64,000 nucleotides of DNA, from positions 329,066 to 393,065 of the forward strand of contig CAAEEZ010000017.1 of assembly GCA_900755035.1 (NCBI GenBank), in the 5' to 3' direction. Below are positions 8,274-17,421 of the stretch, in pieces. Made by a program: the position numbers and the translations under genes. The stretch is from Clostridia bacterium. Lineage in GTDB: Bacteria; Bacillota; Clostridia; Christensenellales; CAAEEZ01. Each line of letters starts with the position of its first letter. Position 1 is the stretch's first letter. Under the pieces are notes generated by a model that saw nothing but the letters and a program-made list of their open reading frames with translations, had not been told where the DNA came from and ran no database searches.

Positions 8274-9425
8274 TTAAGGTATCATAAAAAAGTAGACTAT
8301 AGCAAAATTAATTCCTGCAATAATAAATCCAAATAAAATGAATTTTATAGTTTTAAAAACTTTTTTATATATACCTGTGTTTCTGTCCATTCGGCGACCG
8401 CTCTGCTGTTTGATATGGTTATTAAACTCTTCTACGCATGTTTCATTGGAAGCCTCAAAGAATGCACAAATTATTGAGCCAATTCCAAAGATCAAGTAGG
8501 CGACAAGTCCTAGTATAATTGCAACCCAAGTAAAAGCAATCGGTTCGTAATATTCGGCGTTATCTGGATTCAAAAAATACTTGAACAGTATTATATTGCT
8601 TATAACTATTTCAGCAATTTCTGCTAGTAAAGCTACTATTACAAAAGGCATTAATGTAAATTTCGAAAGCTTGTCTTTCTTCTCACATTTGTTAAGCTCT
8701 TCCAAAAAATCTTCATTTTTTCTAAAATCCCAAAATCCTAAAGGATTTCCAGTCATTCCACTAACATTATATTGATTGTTTTCAAAAGTAAAAATATAAA
8801 CTGGAACATATATTATAGTTTTTATTAAATATTCAAGATTAAATCTCAAAGTTTTTGAATGGTAGTCTGTTCTTCTTTTCTCTAAATAACTTTTAATTTG
8901 TGATTCTGCAGCAGAGCTTATTTCTTTACGACATTGATCGGATAATATATCAATATCTGAATTATTGATTGAAACATTACTATTTACTTGGACTTCTTGT
9001 AAAAAATTATAACTATTTTTTCGAATTTTTTCATACTCGCCTTGTAATAAATCTTGTTCAATGAATCTTGTAACAATATCATTTTTAAGTAAATACCCGC
9101 TTTCTTCAGCACTTTCGGTTGTATACCAATATTCTATATCCTCAGTAAGATTAACATCACCGCTAGAAGAAATTGTTCCATGATAACCTTTGGAATTCGA
9201 ATGAGTTTCTGTATAATCATACTTAAAATCTATTATTTTGGCCTCAAGGCTAACTATTGGAAGATATTGTAACGTTAAGGCTTGAGCAACACATTGTTGA
9301 TTAAAATTAATTTTAAAATCTTCTGAACAATAGTATTCATTGTTAATCTTCTGTTTCATTATAGAAGAGGCTTGTTCAGAAGTAATTTGTGTAAGTAAAA
9401 ATTTTTTTTCTAGCTTAATATCCAT
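8274..9425 (-). CDS. Hypothetical membrane-anchored protein: ~255-aa soluble N-terminal domain plus 3 C-terminal TM helices; no family recognised
   Basis: The ORF is 383 aa with the RBS AAAGGAGCATAATATG. Sampled lines are 23-32% G+C. The hydrophobic helices are FTLMPFVIVALLAEIAEIVISNIILF, IAFTWVAIILGLVAYLIFGIGSIICAFF and IKFILFGFIIAGINFAIVYFFMI. Confidence 0.6.
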   Translation of the reverse strand: MDIKLEKKFLLTQITSEQASSIMKQKINNEYYCSEDFKINFNQQCVAQALTLQYLPIVSLEAKIIDFKYDYTETHSNSKGYHGTISSSGDVNLTEDIEYWYTTESAEESGYLLKNDIVTRFIEQDLLQGEYEKIRKNSYNFLQEVQVNSNVSINNSDIDILSDQCRKEISSAAESQIKSYLEKRRTDYHSKTLRFNLEYLIKTIIYVPVYIFTFENNQYNVSGMTGNPLGFWDFRKNEDFLEELNKCEKKDKLSKFTLMPFVIVALLAEIAEIVISNIILFKYFLNPDNAEYYEPIAFTWVAIILGLVAYLIFGIGSIICAFFEASNETCVEEFNNHIKQQSGRRMDRNTGIYKKVFKTIKFILFGFIIAGINFAIVYFFMIP

Positions 9426-9524
9426 ATTATGCTCCTTTTAAAACTTATCAATTTGCACCATTATTGCATTTTTGAATTCAGCAAGACTGCTTATAGCTAG
9501 GAAATAAAACCTATCTGACGATGT

Positions 9525-9798
9525 TTAAATTAGTAGCGTGCCGTAGCCAAATAATTTTCCCAAAAAGCCTTGTTTTAAAGATACACTGTTGATTTTTCTT
9601 AGCGGTGCTTAAAGTACGTTTGGCCTTACAAGACCAGGCGTTTTACCTATAACTCTTTTGTTAGTGAATCCAAGTTGAGTAGTAAAATATCTTATAAAAT
9701 GACAAGGTATAATACTCAAAGCGCTCAACTTAGCAATACGAACAACCTGCTCGTTTTTACCAAGATTTTTGCTAAATATAATTTGCCATAAGTCTCAT
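9525..9798 (-). pseudogene. Remnant of a small bPH_2 (YdbS-like PH domain) gene with a start-proximal frame break and an in-frame TAA
   Basis: The minus-strand frame reads ...FSKNLGKNEQVVRIAKLSALSIIPCHFIRYFTTQLGFTNKRVIGKTPGLVRPNVL*APLRKINSVSLKQGFLGKLFGYGTLLI*. This resembles the PH block Y-x-T-x-K/R-R-hydrophobic...G-x-G-T-L. The possible ATGs at 9798 and 9789 are in a different frame. The in-frame TAA is at 9609-9611. Confidence 0.4.
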
Positions 9799-9889
9799 TT
9801 CTAGTAATATTTTAGTATATTTTGATTATAAATGTAAATTATTAGTATGTCAAGGTGTTTTAGAAAAAATTTGCTAAAATTTACTAGAA

Positions 9890-9905
9890 TACTAATAGAT
9901 TAGTA
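9890..9905. promoter_or_regulatory. Perfect palindrome TACTAAT-AG-ATTAGTA, candidate XRE operator
   Basis: Read directly. It ends 9 nt before the XRE ATG and overlaps its RBS region. Further TTAGTA half-sites occur at about 9841-9847 and about 9822-9827. Confidence 0.5.
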
Positions 9906-9914
9906 GGTGTGCTT

Positions 9915-10187
9915 ATGTTGAGACTAAAAGAATTAAGAGAAGACAGGGATTTAAGACAAATAGACGTAGCAAAGGCAACGGGAATAGATCAAAAAACAAT
10001 TTCTAACTACGAAACGGGTAAAACAAAACCAGATAGTGACGCACTTATCCTTTTGGCAGATTTTTTTGACGTTACCATTGATTATTTGGTCGCAAGAAAG
10101 AATGTTAATAGCGTAAGTTCCAAAGCGATTAAACACGAACTAACTCAATGTATAAAAATGCTAAACGACATTGAAAACGTATTGTAG
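9915..10187 (+). CDS. XRE-family helix-turn-helix transcriptional regulator
   Basis: LRLKELREDRDLRQIDVAKATGIDQKTISNYETGKTKPDSDALILLADFFDVTIDYLV is a classic HTH_XRE. An AGGTG RBS lies 5 nt before the ATG at 9915 (the ORF track start is GTG 9909). Confidence 0.85.
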   Translation: MLRLKELREDRDLRQIDVAKATGIDQKTISNYETGKTKPDSDALILLADFFDVTIDYLVARKNVNSVSSKAIKHELTQCIKMLNDIENVL

Positions 10188-10224
10188 TATACGCTTATAA
10201 TACATATAAAATAAACGGATTTCT

Positions 10225-10258
10225 AAAAAAAAAGACCTCTTTTAAGAAGTCTTTTTTT
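10225..10258. terminator. Bidirectional terminator between the XRE gene and the NSS transporter
   Basis: A9 run, stem agacctc / gaagtct (one mismatch), then a T7 run. Confidence 0.65.
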
Positions 10259-10285
10259 GTTTTGTATTTTTATTTGTCGACGTAT

Positions 10286-11854
10286 TTATTTGTCGGCGCT
10301 TTTTGTATCTACGTGGTTTTCGTCCTCTATAAATTTAGGGCTATCCTCCTCGTTTTGCGTGCTACTAGTATTGTCATAAGTTACGTCGGTAGGTAATTGA
10401 TTGCCACTTGCTAAAAGCGTTTTATTTCGCTTTTTCTTGTACTGCAAGGCTATTAAATTAGTAAGCGCAAGTATTAGCGTAACCATAACTGCCGTAAGTA
10501 TCATACGCCAATCGTTTGCAAAATGGAAACCGCCGTCAAACGAGAATATGCCGAAAAACAGAATTAGCGCTACTAGTATCGGCGTAACAAACTTGGCAAA
10601 GAACAGCCAAACGCCCTTTAACTTGAAGTCCAAAAAGTCTTCGTCAATTTCCCTTTTACTAATAAACCAACCTACTGCAACACACGCAATAATCGTGCCA
10701 AGTGGCATAATATATTGCGAAATAATCGTATCGAAGAAAGTAAGTAATTCTATGCCGTTTACTTGCAAGCCTTTTACAGCCCCTCGCGAAAGGGATACTA
10801 GCGTACCTATTAAAAATATAACCACCGTGAAAATAGCCACGGCAACGGGTCTTTTTATCTTCGTCTTTTCAATAGTCGTCTGCAAGGCAACTTCTACCAT
10901 AGATATAATGGAGGTAATTGCTGCAATAAACACCAAGAAAAAGAAAGTAAAGCCGAAAAATCTACCTGCCGGCATTGCGTCGAATATCTCAGGTAATACT
11001 ATAAAGAATAGTCCAGGGCCACCAGCAGGCTCTTTGCCAAACGCAAATACTGCGGGGAATATGATAAAACCTGCAATTAACGCAACGCACGTATCTAGTA
11101 ATATGACCATTGCTGCGCTTTTTGCTAGTCCCTTGTGATTTTTTGCATAACTGCCGTATACGCACATAGTGCCACAGCCAAGCGACAAACTGAAAAACGC
11201 TTGCCCCATAGCAGCCAAAATAGACTCGGGTTTCATATTTGCAAAATCGGGTTTTAAGTAAAATTCTATTCCGTTTACAACACCTTCGCCAAGCGTAAGC
11301 GACCTTATCATAAGCACTATCATAAGTATTAGAAGTATAGGCATTAGCACCTTGCTAATACGTTCTATGCCCTTTTGCACGCCAAAAACAAGTATCAGCA
11401 TAGCAATTATGAAGAATATTGCCATAAACAAAATAGGGTCGCCACCACCTTGGGAAAATTGATTAAAATAGCCTGAGTAATCGCCGTTAATAGATAGATT
11501 TGCACCGATTAGATAGCTGTACGCATACTTCAATACCCAACCACCAAGCACGATATAGTAGCTTGCAATTATGGTAGTAGAAAGTACGCCAAGCACACCC
11601 ACCCAAGTTAAACCTTTTTTTACGCCAGCGTAAGAATCTATAATATTTTTACCGGTTCTTTTGCCGATGTACATCTCGGCAACCATACCTACGAAGCCTA
11701 TTATAACAGCCATTAAAATATAAATCAGTACGAAAGTTGCGCCACCGTTCATACCTGCCTTGTACGGAAAAGCCCACAAGTTGCCCAGCCCTACTGCGCT
11801 TCCTGCTGCCGCCATAATAAAGCCTATCCTACTTTTGAATCCTTTGTCTTCCAT
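10286..11854 (-). CDS. Sodium-dependent transporter, neurotransmitter:sodium symporter (NSS/SNF) family
   Basis: The N-terminal signature is GFIMAAAGSAVGLGNLWAFPYKAG. There are about 12 TM segments and a polar, acidic C-terminal tail. Confidence 0.88.
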   Translation of the reverse strand: MEDKGFKSRIGFIMAAAGSAVGLGNLWAFPYKAGMNGGATFVLIYILMAVIIGFVGMVAEMYIGKRTGKNIIDSYAGVKKGLTWVGVLGVLSTTIIASYYIVLGGWVLKYAYSYLIGANLSINGDYSGYFNQFSQGGGDPILFMAIFFIIAMLILVFGVQKGIERISKVLMPILLILMIVLMIRSLTLGEGVVNGIEFYLKPDFANMKPESILAAMGQAFFSLSLGCGTMCVYGSYAKNHKGLAKSAAMVILLDTCVALIAGFIIFPAVFAFGKEPAGGPGLFFIVLPEIFDAMPAGRFFGFTFFFLVFIAAITSIISMVEVALQTTIEKTKIKRPVAVAIFTVVIFLIGTLVSLSRGAVKGLQVNGIELLTFFDTIISQYIMPLGTIIACVAVGWFISKREIDEDFLDFKLKGVWLFFAKFVTPILVALILFFGIFSFDGGFHFANDWRMILTAVMVTLILALTNLIALQYKKKRNKTLLASGNQLPTDVTYDNTSSTQNEEDSPKFIEDENHVDTKSADK

Positions 11855-11996
11855 CTTAAAACCCTTTTATAAATATCTAAAATAGTTTAGCATGTATAAT
11901 ACTTTTTATGCAACTAATCTACCCACCATATTAAATTTTTATTTTGCCGTTAACGCTCAACCAATTTTTTTCAAATAAAAAAGTAAGGACGACTCC

Positions 11997-12869
11997 TTAC
12001 TCTTTTTCGTACTTATTTGCAAATTCCACAAGATACTCGTATACTCTTGCAAGTTTTCGCTTTTTGATTAAGCCCCTAAGTTCGTTAGGTGATATTTCAA
12101 AATTATACACCCCGTTAAATCCTGCGTTTTTTAGCGACAAAAACGTATCGTCCCAATTTATAGTTCCTTTATTATGTGGCAACTTATGGAAGTCAATTTT
12201 GCCGTTATTATCGTGTAAATGCACCGTTTTTATATTTTCACCAAGGGCGTTTATCATATCCGTTTGCTTATCCTTGTACAGCATATTTGCGTGTCCACTA
12301 TCGTAGCAAAAAGCAAACCACTTTTTATTTTTTATGCCGTTATAAATATCTAGCATTTCCTCGTATCTAGAACATGCCGTTTCGTTATAGCCCGACTTAT
12401 TAGGAAAACCAAACATATTTTCTATGCAAATCGTTACGTCGTACCTTTCAGCAAGAGTGGTTAGAGAGTTGTAAAACTTGATATTTTTGCTTACACGCAA
12501 TTCTCTATTTTGCTCACCCTCCCACTTTTTAGGCATAAACGGATGCACTACCATATATTTACTGCCTAGTATGTTTGATGCAATAAAACATTTTTCTATT
12601 CTTCTAAGTACGTCCTCTTGATTTTTCTCGCTATAAGTTGGATAAATTGCGTGGCTCATACATACAGTTAACCCGTTAGTATCGCAAATATTTCGCAGAT
12701 TTTTGTAATATTTCACGGTTTCTTCATCGCTTTCTTTACCCTGTTTGCTACTACCCTTAAACCTTGCCAAGTCCCAATCTACGTACTTAAACCCAGCCGT
12801 AGCAATCAACTTTACTTGCTCCTTTTCGCTTTTAGAACATACTATCCAATTTTGAATTGATATTTTCAT
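11997..12869 (-). CDS. Sugar phosphate isomerase/epimerase (xylose-isomerase-like TIM barrel)
   Basis: The length is 290 aa. The motifs FKYVDWD, MVVHP, ICIEN and VHLHDN fit the AP-endonuclease-2/xylose-isomerase-like TIM fold. The RBS is GAAGGT. Confidence 0.7.
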   Translation of the reverse strand: MKISIQNWIVCSKSEKEQVKLIATAGFKYVDWDLARFKGSSKQGKESDEETVKYYKNLRNICDTNGLTVCMSHAIYPTYSEKNQEDVLRRIEKCFIASNILGSKYMVVHPFMPKKWEGEQNRELRVSKNIKFYNSLTTLAERYDVTICIENMFGFPNKSGYNETACSRYEEMLDIYNGIKNKKWFAFCYDSGHANMLYKDKQTDMINALGENIKTVHLHDNNGKIDFHKLPHNKGTINWDDTFLSLKNAGFNGVYNFEISPNELRGLIKKRKLARVYEYLVEFANKYEKE

Positions 12870-13034
12870 AATTACCTTCGTTTAGCTTGCATATCTTAGT
12901 TGGCATTTATTTTACTCTATATGCAATTATACCACTAAATACGCCTTTTCACTATTTGCACGCTAAAATACTTATAAATAAAATACGCTTTGCGTATATG
13001 CAAAGCGTACAATATTTTCATTATTTTTATATTA

Positions 13035-14083
13035 TTATTTGCTAAGTACAGGTATTTCTAGCGTTACTCCTGCATTTATAAAGTGTAATACTCCACCTTT
13101 GCATTGGTTAAAACCTGTTACACTACTTCCAGAACCTATGCTATCAGCAAGCTTACACCCTTGTACAGGCTCTCCTTCGATACCAAAATGAATATTGTAA
13201 TCCTTATATTGTACTAAATCTACTTTTACGGTGATTTTGCCGTTTTCGTCAGCAGTTAGTCCCGTTAATTCGATATCGTCATCGCTAGACAATGTGTCAC
13301 GGTCTAATAATACTTTATAGGTATTACCTTCCTTGTGTACGTCGCTTACGTCAAAACTAGCGTTTGTTGCCAGGTTTCTAATACTACATCTTCTGCAACG
13401 GTGATTTTTACTACCAACTCTCCACTATCACTTGTACCAGACACGTTTCCATTTTTGAATTTCATAGTTAGCCAAGTAGTACCATTGCTAATCTTAGAGG
13501 TATCTATTTGTACGTATCCACCTATAATAATATTACTTTGCGATTGATATCTAGCTCTAAACGAAATAGCATTATCTGGTATAACTTTTTGGCTAGAAGA
13601 AGTAAATTCCGTTATGCAATTAGTCATATAACTAGTATTTAAGCCAACTTCTAGTTCGGCAAAATCTTCGTATTCAGTTTTCTTTAACGAAGTAATATTT
13701 CCTAAATCAAACGATGCAATGCCGTCCTTTAATATTTCGGTATAAGTTGCTAACTCAGCAGTAATAGTTACGTCCTCGCTTGGCATATCAAACGAATATT
13801 TGCCATTACTAGAATAGCAATTTTTGCCATTATAAAGTACTTTGGTTAGGTATTTATCAGAGTTTAATACACTAACGGTAAAGTCAATCGTATCCCCAGC
13901 CTTTGCAGACGTAGCACTAGCAGTAATTTCATAATCTGACGTACTAGTTGCAGTTATTTTGTAGGTTGGGTCCTTCGGTGGTTCGTTAGTTTCGCCACAG
14001 CTAGCAAAAACTGGTAGCAATAACGCTATTAACAAAGTAACTGACATAATTAAAATTAAAGATTTCTTTTTTATATAATTCAA
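13035..14083 (-). pseudogene. Lipoprotein with repeated beta-rich (Ig-like) domains, split into 245-aa and 85-aa frames by a 1-nt frameshift
   Basis: The signal peptide and lipobox are LLLPVFASCGE. The downstream frame stays open upstream of its first Met (…NASFDVSDVHKEGNTYKVLLDRDTLSSDDDIELTGL…) and overlaps the end of the 245-aa frame. The junction is near CAACAAACG (A3 at 13363-13365). Confidence 0.6.
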
Positions 14084-14249
14084 TCCCTTTCTTGGCTATT
14101 ACGTCTAATTTCATAGTTTAATATTACTATAATTAGTAAATCATTGTCAATAACTATACTAAAATATTTCAATCAATAGGCTATCATTCCAAACTTTTAC
14201 GTTTAATTTACGTAAAGCAAACTTATTTTATAATCAATTATATTATCGC

Positions 14250-14570
14250 CTATTTCTTCGATAAGTCTATCTTCTTCCCGTTTGGATATTTTTTTAGATT
14301 TTTTTTTAGTTTCTCGTTGATTATTTCGTCTAGGTCTAAGCCGTAATAGTCGGCTAGCATAATAGAATAAATAATAACGTCGGCAAGTTCTTCCTTAATA
14401 CCGTCTATCTTATTTATCCTATCCACGTCGCCTGCGCTCCACTGATAATTTTCAAGTAGTTCGTTTGCTTCAAGTGAAATAGATATTGCTAGGTCTTTGC
14501 CGTTATGATATTTTAGCCAATCCCTATCGTCCCTAAACTTTAACACTTTGCTAATCGTTGATTGTTCCAT
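14250..14570 (-). CDS. MazG-like nucleotide pyrophosphohydrolase (small, single domain)
   Basis: FRDDRDWLKYHNGKDLAISISLEANELLENYQW...EELADVIIYSIMLADYYGLDLDEIINEKLKKNLKKYP is the typical MazG-type EExxE/D helix pattern. The RBS is GAGGT. Confidence 0.75.
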   Translation of the reverse strand: MEQSTISKVLKFRDDRDWLKYHNGKDLAISISLEANELLENYQWSAGDVDRINKIDGIKEELADVIIYSIMLADYYGLDLDEIINEKLKKNLKKYPNGKKIDLSKK

Positions 14571-14682
14571 TTTTACCTCTACTAAACTTATTTACCACAT
14601 GTATATCACTAATTAAAAATAAAGTATACCTTACTTATAAATAATGAAAGCCCCTACGTTAAGGGGCTTTTCTGGCTTTATA

Positions 14683-17292
14683 TTATTCTTTTATCAGTTT
14701 AAGCGCTTTGAATATCTCTACTATTACTAACGGAGTAATTGCAAACGCTAAACCGATTAAGTAAGCATAGTACGGCATATAGGTCATACCAAACGCAGTT
14801 ACCACACCAGGCGTAAACATAACGAACGCTATTAAAACCAACGAGATAAGCGTAACAATGTTTAGTTTAGAGTTAGAGAAAGGTCCTATCTTGAACAACG
14901 AATGATGCGACCTCATATTATATGCGTGGAAGGTTTGCGACAATGCAAGCACCATAAACGCAAGCGTACTACCACCCTCTGGCGTACCCGTAATACGAGC
15001 GCCAGTAAAGTATGCGCCAAGTGCAAGCGCCGAGAACATACAACCTTGCAACACTATTCTTACGCCGTAGCCGTTTGCAAACAAGCCTTCGTTTTTTGGC
15101 TTTGGCTTATTCAGCATTATGTCGTCCTCTACCTTTTCCATGCCTAGTGCAATAGCAGGCAACGAATCTGTAATTAGGTTAATCCATAGTAGTTGGATAG
15201 ATATAAACGGAGATACTTGCCAAATAACCATGGCTAGAAATACCGTTATAATTTCGCTTATATTAGTTCCAAGCAAGAAACCTACGACCTTTTTAATGTT
15301 TGCGTATATGCCCCTTCCTTCTTTTACTGCGTCTACTATCGTAGCAAAGTTATCGTCGGTTAAAGTCATATCGCTTGCGCCTTTTGCTACGTCCGTACCC
15401 GTGATACCCATAGCGCAACCAATATCGGCTGCCTTTAATGCAGGAGCGTCGTTTACGCCGTCACCCGTCATAGATACCACTTGACCTTTACGTTGCCATG
15501 CCTTTACAATTCTAATCTTATTTTCCGGTGAAACCCTAGCGTATACGGATATCTTTTCGATATTGTTATTTAGGTCTTCTTCGCTCATAGCGTCTAGTTC
15601 TGCGCCCGTAATTGCCATATCTCCGTCGTTAAATATGCCAAGTTGTTTTGCAATAGCAGTAGCGGTAACTACGTGGTCGCCCGTAATCATAACAGGGCGA
15701 ATACCTGCCTTTTTACATACGGCAACAGCGTCTTTCGCCTCTTCCCTTGGCGGATCTATCATACCTACTAAGCCCATAAACGTTAGGCCGTTTTCCACTT
15801 CTTCGCTAGTTGGATTTTCAGGAATTTTATCAAGATATTTGTAACCGATTGCAATAACTCTAAGCGCCTCTTTACTCATATCTTCGTTCACGATTTTTGC
15901 ATTTTTAAGGTCACCACTAACGCATCTTTGACTCATCATATCAAATGCACCTTTTACTATTGCAACTAGTTTTCCGTCTATTTCGTGGATAGTAGTCATC
16001 AGTTTTCTGTCCGAATCAAACGGCAAACCAGATAGCCTTGGATACTTTTCGTTTAGGTCGCTTTTTTCTATGCCGTTACGATGACAAGCGTACACGATAG
16101 AAGTTTCGGTAGGATCGCCTATATGTGTTTCCTTGCCGTCTTCAAAAGTTACCGTGCCGTCGCTACAAAGCGTACCGTAAGTAAGCAATTTCCTTATTTC
16201 TTCGCCGTTATTTTCGCTAATATCTTCCATTACCCCGTTATCAAGGTAGGCTTTCATTAACGTCATACGGTTTTGCGTAAGCGTACCCGTTTTATCCGAG
16301 CATATTACAGATGCGCTACCAAGCGTTTCTACGGCAGGTAATCTACGAATAATGGCGTTTTTCTTTACCATACGAGTTACGCCGATTGATAGAACGATAG
16401 TAACTATTGCAGGTAGTCCTTCTGGAATTGCCGATACAGCTAGGGATACTGCCGTCATAAACATATCCATTACGTCCTGTTTTGCAACAAGCCCTACTAT
16501 AAATACTATTGCACAAGCAAGCAACGCTACTATTCCAAGGTATTTACCAAGTTTGGATAGTTTTTGTTGTAGTGGCGTTTTCGTTTCCTTTTCGCCTGCA
16601 AGTAGCCCTGCAATTTTACCCATTTCGGTATTATTACCCGTTGCAGTAACCACGGCAGTTGCCGTTCCGTAAGTAATTGAACAGCCGGAAAATACCATAT
16701 TTTTTCTATCGCCAACCGACGCTTTTTCGTCTACCTTAGCATCGCTACTCTTTTCGGTTGGTAACGACTCGCCCGTTAGTGCAGATTCTTCGGCTTTTAG
16801 GTTGGTACTGCTTAGTAGCCTAGCATCAGCAGGCACGAAATCACCAGCCTCTAAGTGAATAATATCGCCAACGACAAGTTCGCTTGATTGGATAATTTTC
16901 TCTTGCCCGTCACGTAGTACTCTTGCGTGTGGAGCAGACATATTCTTTAATGCGTCTAACGCCTTTTCCGCTTTACTTTCTTGCAGTACGCCGATTACAG
17001 CGTTAAGTAGTACAATAAACACAATCAAAGCAGGCTCGATAAATTCCATAGGGTCGTCGCCAAGGCAAGCAACCACGAAGGAAATGATTGCGGCAATAAT
17101 AAGGATAATAATCATAACGTCCTTAAATTGCTCCAAAAAACGAACGAACGTGCTTTTTTTCTTTTTAGTACTTAGTTTGTTTTCACCGTACTTTTCACGT
17201 TTTGCCACCACTTCGCTATCGGTAAGTCCAACGTTTTTGTCGGTTTCAAGTTCTTTTAACAACTCGTCCAAGTTTTTACTATGAGCGTCCAA
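14683..17292 (-). CDS. Calcium-type cation-transporting P-type ATPase (type IIA/IIB)
   Basis: The motifs are DKTGTLT, PEGLPAIVT, TGDGVNDAPALK and MITGDH. The likely start is TTG at 17292, 7 nt after a GAGAGGAG RBS (the ORF track frame opens at 17328). Confidence 0.9.
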   Translation of the reverse strand: MDAHSKNLDELLKELETDKNVGLTDSEVVAKREKYGENKLSTKKKKSTFVRFLEQFKDVMIIILIIAAIISFVVACLGDDPMEFIEPALIVFIVLLNAVIGVLQESKAEKALDALKNMSAPHARVLRDGQEKIIQSSELVVGDIIHLEAGDFVPADARLLSSTNLKAEESALTGESLPTEKSSDAKVDEKASVGDRKNMVFSGCSITYGTATAVVTATGNNTEMGKIAGLLAGEKETKTPLQQKLSKLGKYLGIVALLACAIVFIVGLVAKQDVMDMFMTAVSLAVSAIPEGLPAIVTIVLSIGVTRMVKKNAIIRRLPAVETLGSASVICSDKTGTLTQNRMTLMKAYLDNGVMEDISENNGEEIRKLLTYGTLCSDGTVTFEDGKETHIGDPTETSIVYACHRNGIEKSDLNEKYPRLSGLPFDSDRKLMTTIHEIDGKLVAIVKGAFDMMSQRCVSGDLKNAKIVNEDMSKEALRVIAIGYKYLDKIPENPTSEEVENGLTFMGLVGMIDPPREEAKDAVAVCKKAGIRPVMITGDHVVTATAIAKQLGIFNDGDMAITGAELDAMSEEDLNNNIEKISVYARVSPENKIRIVKAWQRKGQVVSMTGDGVNDAPALKAADIGCAMGITGTDVAKGASDMTLTDDNFATIVDAVKEGRGIYANIKKVVGFLLGTNISEIITVFLAMVIWQVSPFISIQLLWINLITDSLPAIALGMEKVEDDIMLNKPKPKNEGLFANGYGVRIVLQGCMFSALALGAYFTGARITGTPEGGSTLAFMVLALSQTFHAYNMRSHHSLFKIGPFSNSKLNIVTLISLVLIAFVMFTPGVVTAFGMTYMPYYAYLIGLAFAITPLVIVEIFKALKLIKE

Positions 17293-17421
17293 ATTTTTTC
17301 TCCTCTCTTTATTTTTTCGTATACTCAAATTTATATAACAATTATAGCAAAAAATAAACGGTTTTTACTATCCATTTTAATACTCGTGTCAAATTTTTGC
17401 TCATTATCCACTTGATATTAC

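Noticed and set aside
10213-10223. acggatttc, the reverse complement of a T-loop-like gaaatccgt, as a possible distal att repeat closing the AT-rich islet.
   Set aside because: Only about 8 nt match, in inverted orientation. A match this short is expected by chance in 64 kb on two strands.
10401-11138. Long antisense ORFs inside confidently called genes. Examples: 10401..11138 within the NSS transporter, 19481..20038 within mscL, 38737..39342 within the desulfidase, 41867..42304 within pgk, 15119..15844 and 16352..16672 within the ATPase, and 63381..63806 within carB.
   Set aside because: Each lies opposite a gene with strong family motifs. They lack RBSs and have low-complexity S/T/I/F-rich translations typical of shadow frames. 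Overlapping functional genes cannot be supported from sequence alone.
17293-17421. A possible metal-sensing riboswitch (for example yybP-ykoY) in the leader of the P-type ATPase.
   Set aside because: The distance from the extended -10 promoter (TGCTATAAT) to the start codon is only about 45 nt. No conserved riboswitch helices are visible.
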